In this document: piece after piece, positions 10,800 to 19,384 of the stretch
Position numbering within the stretch: the stretch's first letter is position 1
Layout of the letters: each line of letters opens with the position of its first letter
Source: an uncultured Clostridia bacterium
Lineage (GTDB): Bacteria; Bacillota; Clostridia; Christensenellales; Borkfalkiaceae
NCBI GenBank assembly: GCA_947626575.1
Contig: CANQSR010000011.1
Coordinates: forward strand, 944-64,943
Direction of reading: 5' to 3'
Length of the DNA stretch: 64,000 bases
Notes under the pieces: generated by a model
Database searches by the model: none
The model's input: only the letters and a program-made list of their open reading frames with translations
What the model was told of the DNA's origin: nothing
Position numbers and translations under genes: made by a program

Positions 10800-10832
10800 A
10801 ATGCTGACAAAATTCAAAAGGAGGGCAAAGCA

Positions 10833-11063
10833 ATGATCAAGACGACCAAGACCAAGACCTATGATACCGCGACCGCCGAGCTTGTCAAAAAGGTGACCGT
10901 CGGGACTTACGGCGACCCCGCCGGATATGAGATGACGATGTACCGCACTGCGGAAGGGGATTATTTCCTCTACACCTATGGCGGCGAGGCATCCGAATAT
11001 GCGACGGAAGCCATCAAGGCGTTCTCGAAAGCGGCCGCCAAGAAGTGGCTGGAAGAGAACTGA
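10833..11063 (+). CDS. Small hypothetical protein (76 aa)
   Basis: It has its own TTGACG-N17-TAAAAT promoter (10771-10799), an AGGAGG RBS, and a hairpin terminator at 11146-11180. Confidence 0.6.
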   Translation: MIKTTKTKTYDTATAELVKKVTVGTYGDPAGYEMTMYRTAEGDYFLYTYGGEASEYATEAIKAFSKAAAKKWLEEN

Positions 11064-11145
11064 CAACCGACAAAGGACTGCGCAAGAGGCCTGCACAAGC
11101 GACTTTCAACGAGAGACCGGCAAGGCCCGCAACAAGGAACAAAAA

Positions 11146-11180
11146 GATACCCGCACCCCCGTGGTGCGGGTCTCTTTTTT
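11146..11180 (+). terminator. Rho-independent terminator
   Basis: GATACCCGCAC...GTGCGGGTCTC followed by TTTTTT. Confidence 0.7.
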
Positions 11181-11184
11181 GGCG

Positions 11185-11570
11185 GGCGCATGGCCTACCC
11201 CCCTATGGGGGGGAAGGCTTGCTCTTGGCGCCCCTGAGAGGTCGCAAAACGCATTTCTCGCACATCAGCACGGTGTGCTGTGTGCGGCGTTTTGCGGTGA
11301 GTGAGCGCATTTGTAGCGCGAACGGTGACCGAACGCGGGGGTCTACCCGCGTGAGACGCTGGCGAGCGAAGCGAGACTGAGGGGTTTCGCATGTTCACGT
11401 CATTTCGAACCCCACGGGGGTGAGAAATCTCTAAGTTGAGATTCCTCACATACGTTCGGAATGACGTATGGAAGCCTTGGTCGTCGGAATGACGCGGGAA
11501 ACCCTTTCGGCCGCTTGCTTCGCTCGCGTCCACTTTCCCTAAAAGGGACAGCGAGAGGCTTTCCGCGCAA
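11185..11570. repeat. Mosaic repeat block
   Basis: It contains intact M2(+) at 11240-11356, M1 at 11399-11465, and an M9-like unit at about 11500-11560. Confidence 0.85.
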
Positions 11571-11603
11571 AACAACAGGGTCGCATTCTTGCGGCCCTGT
11601 TGC
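11570..11603 (-). terminator. Candidate terminator after jag
   Basis: On the minus strand: CAACAGGGCCGC-AAGAAT-GCGACCCTGTTG, then TTTTG. One mismatch in the stem. Confidence 0.5.
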
Positions 11604-11620
11604 TCAATCAATTGTTTTTC

Positions 11621-12583
11621 TTACTCCTCATCCCCGGACATGGTAGGGGTCTCTTCCGTCACGGGCGTCGTCTGTTCGGGTTCCTGCCCGTCCTCGGCTT
11701 TCCCTAAATACGTTCCGAAAAATCCCGAAAATCCGCCCTTCTTGTAACCGGGCGTGCCGCCGCGCGAAAGGCTCGTGCCGCTCGTTTCGGGAGTGGCCTC
11801 GGCGGGGAACTCGCGCTTGGGATAGGGCTTCTTATCGCCGTACTTGCGGTCGCGGCCGTTGTCCCTGCCGCGGCCCTTGCCGCCGCGTTTTTCGCCGTAC
11901 TTCTCGCCGTAATGGCCCTTGCCGCCGCGCTTCTCCACGCGCAGGTTTTTGGGGGTGATGACGACATAGCGCGCGGGTTCTTTGCCCTCGCTCTTGGTGG
12001 TCACCTCTTCGTTATCCACGAGCGCCGCGTGGATGATCCTTCTCTCATACGGGTTCATGGGTTCGAGGCGGACCCGCTTCCCCAGCCTCACCGCCTTGGC
12101 CGCGAGCTTTTCGGCGAGCTTCTTCAAGGTCTCCTCGCGCTCTTCGCGGTAATTCCCGCAATCGACGACCACGCGTTTGTATTCCTTCCTGCCCGTGTTG
12201 GCGACCGCGCCCGCGAGCGTCTGGATGGCGTCGATGACCTCGCCGCGCCGCCCGATCAGCCCCTTTGCCGATTCCGCTTGCAGACGGATGACGATCTTCT
12301 CGTCCTCGCTTACGAGTTCGCACGCCGCATCCGAGCCGATGAGCGGGAACAGCCCCGTCAAAAACGCCACGGCGCGCTCGCCGTCGGTATGCTCCGCCGC
12401 TTTCGTCTCTTGCGGCAACGGCTTTTTTTCCACCGTTACCCTTGCGTCCACGTGTCCGATGCCGAACAGGCCGCCTTTTTTGCCCTCGTCGAGGACCTCG
12501 ATGTCTGCTTCCTCACGGGCGATGCCGAGTTGTTTGAGGCCCGCTTCGATGGCGTCCTCTACTGTTTTGCCTTGAAATTCCAT
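11621..12583 (-). CDS. jag: Jag/KhpB RNA-binding protein (Jag_N + KH + R3H) with a long RGG-like C-terminal extension
   Basis: 320 aa. The Jag_N start is MEFQGKTVEDAIEAGLKQLG, the KH motif is GLIGRRGEVIDAIQ, and the R3H motif is MNPYERRIIHAAL. It lies directly downstream of yidC. Confidence 0.85.
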   Translation of the reverse strand: MEFQGKTVEDAIEAGLKQLGIAREEADIEVLDEGKKGGLFGIGHVDARVTVEKKPLPQETKAAEHTDGERAVAFLTGLFPLIGSDAACELVSEDEKIVIRLQAESAKGLIGRRGEVIDAIQTLAGAVANTGRKEYKRVVVDCGNYREEREETLKKLAEKLAAKAVRLGKRVRLEPMNPYERRIIHAALVDNEEVTTKSEGKEPARYVVITPKNLRVEKRGGKGHYGEKYGEKRGGKGRGRDNGRDRKYGDKKPYPKREFPAEATPETSGTSLSRGGTPGYKKGGFSGFFGTYLGKAEDGQEPEQTTPVTEETPTMSGDEE

Positions 12584-12607
12584 GGTTTCACCTCTTATCG
12601 GCAGGCG

Positions 12608-14233
12608 TCATTTGCGCCGCTTTTTATCATTGTTTCCGCCCTTACCGTGCGTTTCGTCCTTTTTGCCCTTTTCGGGTTTCGCGTTCCCGTCCTTTTCCAT
12701 CCACGGTAGCTTGCGGCCGTAACGTTCCCGGATGCGCTCTTCTTCCTTCTTCTTGAAGATGCCGCCGAGAACGGCGTTGGTGCTGAGCGTCACGAGTAGC
12801 GAGATCACGCTCGACATCGTCATGTAAATACTGAATGCCGCGCTGTACATGAACGCAAAGATCGCATAGATGATGGGCATCATGACGAGCATGACCTTTT
12901 GCGTGGCCGCGCCCTGCCCGTCTACGGTCTGGTATTGGTTGCTCTCCTTCTGGCTGCGCATGGTGATCCATTGCGAAAGCACCATGAGGCCGATGGAGAG
13001 TACGATGAGGATAAAGTACCCGTTGGGAGCGCTCTTCTGGTCCTCCAATTGGGACGTCAGATTTTCATACAGGGGCTGCGTCAGAACGACGTTCAGCTCC
13101 TTGCTCTCCACCGTCCCGTCCGCGCGGGGGATATCCACCCACGAGCTGCCGAGCTGGCTCTTGAACGTGCCGTAATCGGGGATGGGGTGGTTATAGGAGA
13201 CGTCGGGATACCACACGTTCTTGACCCACAAGAACGAGGGATTGTGCGCATCGTACCACACTTTCGCGGCCTTTGCGCCGAGGCTGATGACGTACTCGGT
13301 GCAGGCCGTGTTCTCGCTCTTGGGCGTCGCCGTCTCCTCGCCTTCGGGGACGATTTTGGAATCGGCGACGATCTTCTCCACTGCCTCCTTGGCTTCGGGG
13401 TCCGCGAGCAGGATATCCTTATCGAACCTGTACTCCTCGCGGATGCTCGCCGCGTCGAGATTATAGATGTATTCGAGATAGCGCGCGCTGTCCTGCGCAT
13501 GCACGCGCATATAGCGCGAATTTACCGTTTTCATGACGGCATTGCCGTTTGCGTCCACCTTGGGCGTGCCGTCCTCGTTGAGGTCGGCCTCCTCGTGGGT
13601 GTAGTAAAACATCTCATAGACAACGCCGTCCTCGGACATGGTATGCCCTTCTTCAAAAGTTAGAACATACTCGTCGTCCTCTTTCCCCTCAAACGTGAGG
13701 TGGTAAGGCTTGGCGAAGAGCCACTTCGACGTATCCTCGTGCTGCTCCTTGATGGTCATCGCGAAGTTGGGTCCTACAACGCCGTGTTCCAGAATGGCGG
13801 CGTTGTACTCGTTGGACATGTTGACGAAACTTTCAAGGTTGGCGTAGCGCGAGTAGGCGTTGAAGCCCTGGAATGCGACGATGAGGATGACGATGGAGAG
13901 GATCATGGGCAAGCACGCGCCGAACATGCTGTACCCGTTTTTCTTATAGAGCTCCATCATCTTGGTGTTGTACATCGTCTTATCGTTGGCGTACTGTTGT
14001 TGGAGCTTTTCGAGATCGTCCTTCATATCGCGCATGATGAGGGTCTGTTTGCGCATTTTGAAGCGTTGATAGATATCGAAGGGCAGGGTGATCGCCTTCA
14101 AGACGAGCGTAAACACGATGATGCCGAGACCGATGAGGCCGACGCCCTCGATGATGACGCGCGCAAATTGGCCGAGCCAATCCAGCCCGATATTGTAGCC
14201 CTGTTCGAGCAGGGTGATGCCGATAAAATTCAT
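12608..14233 (-). CDS. yidC: YidC/SpoIIIJ membrane insertase with a large loop insertion
   Basis: 541 aa. It has the conserved TM1, coiled-coil and TM2 (LKAITLPFDIYQRFKMRKQ...MELYKKNGYSMFGACLPMILSIVILIV) and C-terminal TMs with a basic tail. Confidence 0.85.
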   Translation of the reverse strand: MNFIGITLLEQGYNIGLDWLGQFARVIIEGVGLIGLGIIVFTLVLKAITLPFDIYQRFKMRKQTLIMRDMKDDLEKLQQQYANDKTMYNTKMMELYKKNGYSMFGACLPMILSIVILIVAFQGFNAYSRYANLESFVNMSNEYNAAILEHGVVGPNFAMTIKEQHEDTSKWLFAKPYHLTFEGKEDDEYVLTFEEGHTMSEDGVVYEMFYYTHEEADLNEDGTPKVDANGNAVMKTVNSRYMRVHAQDSARYLEYIYNLDAASIREEYRFDKDILLADPEAKEAVEKIVADSKIVPEGEETATPKSENTACTEYVISLGAKAAKVWYDAHNPSFLWVKNVWYPDVSYNHPIPDYGTFKSQLGSSWVDIPRADGTVESKELNVVLTQPLYENLTSQLEDQKSAPNGYFILIVLSIGLMVLSQWITMRSQKESNQYQTVDGQGAATQKVMLVMMPIIYAIFAFMYSAAFSIYMTMSSVISLLVTLSTNAVLGGIFKKKEEERIRERYGRKLPWMEKDGNAKPEKGKKDETHGKGGNNDKKRRK

Positions 14234-14289
14234 ATATCTCCTTGGGGACTGCGTATCGACTGAAAGTTTGTCCGCCTTGCCGGCGGGGC

Positions 14290-14771
14290 TTTTTTTCTAA
14301 TGGGAAGGGGGCAAGGCTTCCCCCCTTCGGGGCGGGTTACGACCTATCATGGACAGCAAGAGCGCGAAGGCCCCTCATCGCCGCCACTTCGTCATTTCGA
14401 ACCCCGCAGGGGTGAGAAATCTCAAAGGGCGAGATTCCTCGCTCCGCTACTTCGCCTACGGCTCGTGACGCGCTTAGATTACAATAGAAATCTCGCGCGG
14501 ACGGAATGACGCAAGGGGAAGGCTTTACGCAAACCCATTCTAAATTTCATGCGAATAACCAAAATCACAATTTTGGTTTTCGCCCTCAATTTGCGCGTCA
14601 AGCGCTTCTTGTCCGTTGGAACGTATGAGAGGATAACGCATGTTAAGGCGCGGAAGTATATTTCCCTCACGGGAATTTGTTTGGGGTAAGTTGATGCACA
14701 CCCCCCACCCTACCCTCCCCCCTCTGGTAAAATGGGGGAGGCGAGAGGAACACCCAAACAAATTTCGTGAA
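14290..14771. repeat. Mosaic repeat block splitting yidD from yidC
   Basis: It contains M1 carrying an M8 variant (14391-14510, insert at 14449-14501), M3 at 14551-14623, and the TIR-bounded M4 at 14668-14769. Confidence 0.85.
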
Positions 14772-15074
14772 CTATATCAGCCACTTCTTTTTCCAGAACA
14801 CCTCCGGCGCGGGGTCGATTCCCCCCTTGGAGAAAGGGTTGCAGCGCAAAATCCGCCACGCACCGAGCAGAATGCCGATGACTGCGCCGTAATTATTGAT
14901 ACATCGCTTGGTGTATTCCGAACATGTGGGCGTATAGAGGCAGGTGTGATGCGAAAGACGGCGCTGGTAAAAGGCGATCATGCGGATGCAGACGCCCCGC
15001 AAAAAGGGACGGAATACGCGGCGGCGGAGATACCGCCTGTTTCTCCGGACAAGTTCACGGATTGAGATCTTCAC
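14772..15074 (-). CDS. yidD: Membrane protein insertion efficiency factor YidD
   Basis: Motifs are IAFYQRRLS, TPTCSEYTKRCI, RILRCNPFSKGGIDP. The start is uncertain. GTG 15074 has AAGGAA 8 nt upstream, and the ORF-track ATG is at 15110. It overlaps the rnpA 3' end. Confidence 0.8.
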   Translation of the reverse strand: MKISIRELVRRNRRYLRRRVFRPFLRGVCIRMIAFYQRRLSHHTCLYTPTCSEYTKRCINNYGAVIGILLGAWRILRCNPFSKGGIDPAPEVFWKKKWLI

Positions 15075-15384
15075 CGAGTTTTTCCTTGCCGATGATCCTT
15101 TCGACGTCACGGCTGAACCCCTCGAAAGAATATGCCGCGGCCTTTTTGGGGATGAGAAGCACGTTGCACGGACGGATGGGCCGCGCGGTGCGGAAGGCTT
15201 CCCGAAGGAGCCGCTTGATCCTGTTCCGCTCGACGCTCTTTCCGTATTTCTTCCCCACGCAGACGGCGAGCGCCGTCTCCGGGGCGGGAGAATAGACGAA
15301 AACGAGCGTGTCCCCGTAGACCCGCTTTCCTCCTCGCAATACGGCCGTGATTTTTTTCGCCTTTTTCAGCCGCGCATATTTCAT
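15055..15384 (-). CDS. rnpA: Ribonuclease P protein component
   Basis: 109 aa and basic. VGKKYGKSVERNRIKRLLREAF matches the RnpA signature. It lies immediately downstream of rpmH. Confidence 0.85.
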   Translation of the reverse strand: MKYARLKKAKKITAVLRGGKRVYGDTLVFVYSPAPETALAVCVGKKYGKSVERNRIKRLLREAFRTARPIRPCNVLLIPKKAAAYSFEGFSRDVERIIGKEKLGEDLNP

Positions 15385-15390
15385 CGTGCT

Positions 15391-15525
15391 TTACGCGGAA
15401 ACGTGCTTTCTGCCTCTGTCTCTTCTTCTCTTGATCACTTTTCTGCCGCCGGCAGAAGCCATTCTCTTGCGGAAGCCGTGTACCTTGCTCCGCTGTCTCT
15501 TCTTGGGCTGGTAAGTTCTCTTCAT
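15391..15525 (-). CDS. rpmH: 50S ribosomal protein L34
   Basis: Not in the ORF track because it is under 60 aa. Hand translation gives [44 protein letters not shown], the canonical L34 sequence. Confidence 0.9.
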   Translation of the reverse strand: MKRTYQPKKRQRSKVHGFRKRMASAGGRKVIKRRRDRGRKHVSA

Positions 15526-15598
15526 ATCGGTTGCTCCTTGAAGTTCGTGTTATTTGATTATAAGGGTTTTCTCGCCTTGCGTCAAGCGATTTTCCCTC

Positions 15599-16693
15599 TC
15601 ACGCCGCATTTCTGACGGGTAAAATCAGATAGAGGCTGTGTTTATCCTGCGCATTTTGCAGAATGAAGGGCGAAACCGCCCCGTTGAAGGAGACGACGAT
15701 CTCATCCTCGCCGAGCGCTTTCAGGGCGTCGAGCAGGAATTTTGCGTTCATGGAGATGGTAAGTTCCTTCCCCTCCACGCGGGCGGGAACGGGTTCGGAT
15801 ACGTTGCCGTAATCGGAATTGGAGGAGATGCGCACGCCCTCCTGCGAAATTTCCAGCGTGACGAGATTGTTCTTGTCCCCGCGGTTTAAGATGTTGGCGC
15901 GTTCCGCGCTCGCCGTAAGCTGCGCACGGGAGAGCGTCACGACGGTGGAGAACGACGTCGGGATGACGTTTTCCTTCTTGATGAAGTCGCCGAGATACAG
16001 CCGCGAGACGAGCGTAAGGCCGTCCGCGCCCGCCATGAGCATGCCGCTCTGCGTATAGAGGGTGATCTCCTCGCCGTCGCCGAGCATACGCGCGATCTCC
16101 GTGAGCGTGCGCGCGGGGCAGACGATGCTCATCGCATTGCTCTTTTCGAGGATATCCGCCTCGGAGACCGCCAGCCTGTACCCGTCGAGGGCGACCGTTT
16201 CCAGCTTGTCCCCGAAGGTCATAAGGCAGCCTTTGAGGATGGGGCGGGAATCGTCCTGCGCGCAGCAGAACGCCGTCTCGGCGATGACGGTTTTGAGCGC
16301 CTCGGACTTCATGCGGAAGGAGTTTTCCCCGACTTCGAGATCTATCTTGGGGAAATCTTCGGCGGAGAGCGCCTGCATGTAGGAGACGGAATCGCGGTAT
16401 TGCAGTTCCACGCCACGTTCCCCCGTCGAGAAGGAGATCTCCTCATCGGCGAGTTTGGAAGAGAAGTCGGCAAAGAGTTTGCCGGGGACGCAGATCTCGC
16501 CCTCCTCCAAAACTTCCGCGTTTACGAGCTTGCGGATGGAGAGTTCGCCGTCGGTGGCGAGAAGGGAAACGCCTTGCAGCGTCGCCGTGAGTTTGATGCA
16601 CTCCAAAATGGGCGCCGTCGTGCGCACCGCGCACGCCTTGGAAACCTTCGTCACCGCTTCCGAGAGCGTGAGACCGTCTGCAATAAATTTCAT
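15599..16693 (-). CDS. dnaN: DNA polymerase III beta sliding clamp
   Basis: 364 aa, starting MKFIADGLTLSEAVTKVSKACAVRTTAPILECIKL... with three-domain clamp architecture. RBS GAAGGAGAA. Confidence 0.95.
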   Translation of the reverse strand: MKFIADGLTLSEAVTKVSKACAVRTTAPILECIKLTATLQGVSLLATDGELSIRKLVNAEVLEEGEICVPGKLFADFSSKLADEEISFSTGERGVELQYRDSVSYMQALSAEDFPKIDLEVGENSFRMKSEALKTVIAETAFCCAQDDSRPILKGCLMTFGDKLETVALDGYRLAVSEADILEKSNAMSIVCPARTLTEIARMLGDGEEITLYTQSGMLMAGADGLTLVSRLYLGDFIKKENVIPTSFSTVVTLSRAQLTASAERANILNRGDKNNLVTLEISQEGVRISSNSDYGNVSEPVPARVEGKELTISMNAKFLLDALKALGEDEIVVSFNGAVSPFILQNAQDKHSLYLILPVRNAA

Positions 16694-16742
16694 CTTGTTC
16701 TCCTTCGCCGCCTTCTTTGGGAGGTGGACTTATAGAATAAAT

Positions 16743-16771
16743 ATTATAATAATAGTAGTAGGGATGTGGAA
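16743..16771 (-). promoter_or_regulatory. Candidate dnaN promoter overlapping DnaA boxes
   Basis: On the minus strand: TTCCAC (inside a DnaA box), N17, TATAAT. The -35 is weak. Confidence 0.4.
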
Positions 16772-17036
16772 AGCGTGGATAACTTTCCGCCATTTTGCGT
16801 TTCTGACGGTATTATACCGAAAATCGCGGAAAAGGTCAAGAAATTTGCCCCGTTTCCGAAAAAATGCGGGGAAATTTCCCTGTGGAAAGGCGTGTGGAAA
16901 AGTTTACGGCGCGGCATGGAAAAGCGGATAACTTTCCCGCGCCGCCCAAGCGTTTCTTCCCGCGGCGGGAAAGCGGAAGAAGAACGGGGAAGGTTGTCCA
17001 CGGAGATATCCACAATGTGCAAACATGTGGAAACAG

Positions 17037-17065
17037 TTGCAATCTTTATCCACATGTGATACAAT
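17037..17065 (+). promoter_or_regulatory. Candidate rsmG promoter (leaderless geometry) with a perfect DnaA box in the spacer
   Basis: TTGCAA-N17-TACAAT. The -10 ends 7 nt before ATG 17072, and there is no SD. Confidence 0.5.
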
Positions 17066-17071
17066 AAAGAC

Positions 17072-17755
17072 ATGCAGACAGCGCTTCCGGATTTCGGCAG
17101 GATAGCGGCGTGCATTGAGGAGCGGCGCGGCCGCTTCGAGGCATTCTATGCGCTCCTGCGCGCGTATAACGCGCGTTTCAACCTCACCTCCATTATAGAG
17201 GAAGAGGAGGTCTACGTCAAGCATTTTTGTGATTCGCTGGCGGGCATGGACCTCTTTCCCGCGGGTGCGTCCGTCGCGGAAGTGGGTTCGGGGGCGGGGT
17301 TCCCCTCTGTGCCGCTCATGTTGGCGCGCGAGGACCTTTCCTTTACCCTCATCGAGAGTACGGGCAAGAAATGCCGCTTTTTGGAGACGGCCGTGCGTGA
17401 ACTCGGCTTAAAGGCCGAAGTGGTCTGCGGCCGCGCGGAGGACCTTGCGCGGGGGGATTTGCGCGAAAAGTTCGGCGTGTGCTGTGCGCGGGCCGTGGCG
17501 CGGCTGGATACGCTCGCGGAATACTGCATGCCGCTTGTGAAAAAGGGCGGCCTCTTCATTGCCTACAAGGGCGCGGGTGAGATGGAGACGGGCAGGCGCG
17601 CCGTGGAGATCTTGGGCGGCGGCGCCATGAAAGAAATTTCTTACGACCTTCCGCGCGGCTATGGAAAGCGCACGCTGTTTTTGGTGGAAAAGGCGCGGCC
17701 GACGCCGCCGAAGTATCCGCGCGGGAACGGCGCGGAGAGGAGATCGCCGCTATGA
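17072..17755 (+). CDS. rsmG: 16S rRNA (guanine527-N7)-methyltransferase RsmG/GidB
   Basis: 227 aa with the SAM motif VAEVGSGAGFPSVPL and HFCDSL. There is no SD. A TACAAT -10 ends 7 nt before the ATG. Confidence 0.9.
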   Translation: MQTALPDFGRIAACIEERRGRFEAFYALLRAYNARFNLTSIIEEEEVYVKHFCDSLAGMDLFPAGASVAEVGSGAGFPSVPLMLAREDLSFTLIESTGKKCRFLETAVRELGLKAEVVCGRAEDLARGDLREKFGVCCARAVARLDTLAEYCMPLVKKGGLFIAYKGAGEMETGRRAVEILGGGAMKEISYDLPRGYGKRTLFLVEKARPTPPKYPRGNGAERRSPL

Positions 17756-18207
17756 ACAGGGGATTCCGCTGCGCGCTCACGGGCCACCGCGACCTTCCGC
17801 GCGATTTCGATAAGAGCGCGCTGTTCGCCGCACTCGAAAAACTCCTGCGGGAGGGGTTCTGCGTCTTTTACTGCGGCATGGCGCGCGGGTTCGATCTGCT
17901 CGCCCTTTCTTACCTTGTAGAGCGCAAAGCGGCATACCATGCCCGCGTTGAGGCCTTCATTCCGCACATGCAACAGGCGGAGTATTACGGCGAGAAAGAC
18001 CGTGAAATGTATGAGCGGCTCCTCAAACAGTGCGAAGTCGTGCATCTCGTCGCGCCGGTATATTTCAAGGGCTGCGAACTCTTCCGCGACAGGATGATGG
18101 TGGACCGGGCCGACCTCGTGTTCGCATACCTGACGCAGGAGACGGGCGGCACCGCGTACACGGTGAATTATGCGCGTTCGCAGGGCGTCGAGGTCAGGTT
18201 TTTATAG
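17752..18207 (+). CDS. DUF1273/YpsA-like SLOG-family protein
   Basis: 151 aa. The pattern TGHRDL...CGMARGFDLLA...FRDRMMVDRADLVFAY resembles DUF1273. It overlaps the rsmG stop by 4 nt. Confidence 0.65.
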   Translation: MNRGFRCALTGHRDLPRDFDKSALFAALEKLLREGFCVFYCGMARGFDLLALSYLVERKAAYHARVEAFIPHMQQAEYYGEKDREMYERLLKQCEVVHLVAPVYFKGCELFRDRMMVDRADLVFAYLTQETGGTAYTVNYARSQGVEVRFL

Positions 18208-18216
18208 GAGAAGGAT

Positions 18217-19383
18217 ATGGAGAAAGTTGCATTTGCGGACGGCGAAAAGATAGGCGTCATCGGAGAGGACGGCGTCTCGTTCTATGAGAGCGAAACGATC
18301 GCCCGCTACCGGGAATATGCCGAAACGCGCCAAAAAAACGACGAATGGAAGTATTCTGGCGAAGGCGCGCGGTTCCGCGGCGACACGGCGAAAAACGCCG
18401 CCGTGCAGACAGACGCCTATGTCAACGGCGTCGCGTGGCAGGACGGCAAAATCGTCTATGCCTACACCGTGGGCGGGTCGTCGGGCGTATGCAGAAGGCC
18501 GCAGGACCCCAAGGCGCGCGAGGAGCATATCTATTCCGCGTCCGACGCCGAGATCCTCTCCGTGCAGACGTTGGGTCCCTCTGTTGCCGTCACGGTAAAG
18601 CGCGACGAAGCCACTTCGCAGGTGGGGATCCTCGACGGGAATACGAGCGAACTCGTGACGTTTACCGAGGGGGACGCGCGCGACGCCAACGCCGCGTTCG
18701 ACGCGGCCCATCCCATGTGGATACTCTTTGACAGCGCGGGCGCGGGGCGGCTCGCGAACGGGGAGTTTTCGGGGCAGTATGCCCCCGCCGTCCTCATGCG
18801 GTTAGACCGCGAAACGCTCGCGCTCGAAGAGGTAAAGCGCGACGGCAAAAATTCCTGCGTCAAGCCCAAAACCGACGCGGACGGCGCGCTGTACTATATC
18901 AGGCGGCCCAACAAAGAGCGGCGGGATTCCGTCGTTTGGGATATTCTGCTCTTTCCCTTCCGCCTCGTGAAAGCGTTCTTCGGGCTGTTGCAGGCGTTCA
19001 CGGTCATCTTCGGAAAAACAAGCCTGACCTCGGACATGGGTACGGGCAATAATCCCACAAGCGGCAGAAAACAGGATGCGCGCAAGCTGTTCGTGGACGG
19101 CCGTCTCATCGACGCAGAGAAGGAAGAAAAGCGCAACCGCAAGCGGAAGGACCATACATACGGCTTTATCCCCGCGAGCTGGAAGCTGATGAAGGCGGCG
19201 GACGGCGCGGACGAGGTCCTCGCGAGCGGCGTGTGCGATTTTTCCGTCGGCCGCGAAGGCATTTATTATACGGACGGCCGCCATATCTACAAACTTTCGG
19301 GCGGCAAGGAGACCAAGCTCGCCGATACGAAGTGTTGTCTTAGCCTCTGCGCGGAACCGTCCGCCGAAGAATTCGATTTTTGA
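18217..19383 (+). CDS. Hypothetical protein with one central TM helix
   Basis: 388 aa with an AGGAGAAGGA RBS. The TM is VVWDILLFPFRLVKAFFGLLQAFTVIFG. The C-terminal GIYYTDGRHIYK motif looks like a beta-propeller/DUF5050 motif. Confidence 0.6.
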   Translation: MEKVAFADGEKIGVIGEDGVSFYESETIARYREYAETRQKNDEWKYSGEGARFRGDTAKNAAVQTDAYVNGVAWQDGKIVYAYTVGGSSGVCRRPQDPKAREEHIYSASDAEILSVQTLGPSVAVTVKRDEATSQVGILDGNTSELVTFTEGDARDANAAFDAAHPMWILFDSAGAGRLANGEFSGQYAPAVLMRLDRETLALEEVKRDGKNSCVKPKTDADGALYYIRRPNKERRDSVVWDILLFPFRLVKAFFGLLQAFTVIFGKTSLTSDMGTGNNPTSGRKQDARKLFVDGRLIDAEKEEKRNRKRKDHTYGFIPASWKLMKAADGADEVLASGVCDFSVGREGIYYTDGRHIYKLSGGKETKLADTKCCLSLCAEPSAEEFDF

Positions 19384-19384
19384 G

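Larger units (their letters stand above)
16694..17071. other. Candidate replication origin (oriC): DnaA-box cluster plus AT-rich tract between dnaN and rsmG
   Basis: DnaA-box-like 9-mers sit at 16765-16773, 16774-16782 (CGTGGATAA), 16881-16889, 16893-16901 (TGTGGAAAA), 16923-16931, 16994-17002, 17006-17014 (ATATCCACA), 17026-17034 and 17046-17054 (perfect TTATCCACA). A 30-nt tract at 16731-16760 contains only 3 G/C. Gene orientation switches here from minus to plus. Confidence 0.75.

Noticed and set aside
14270-14297. Terminator-like hairpin with a T-run (GTCCGCCTTGCCGGCGGGGCTTTTTTT) just upstream of the yidC start.
   Set aside because: Its T-tract is on the plus strand, and no plus-strand gene precedes it. 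On the minus strand the A-run comes first, so it cannot terminate the yidD-to-yidC transcript. It may only block antisense transcription, so I have not annotated it.
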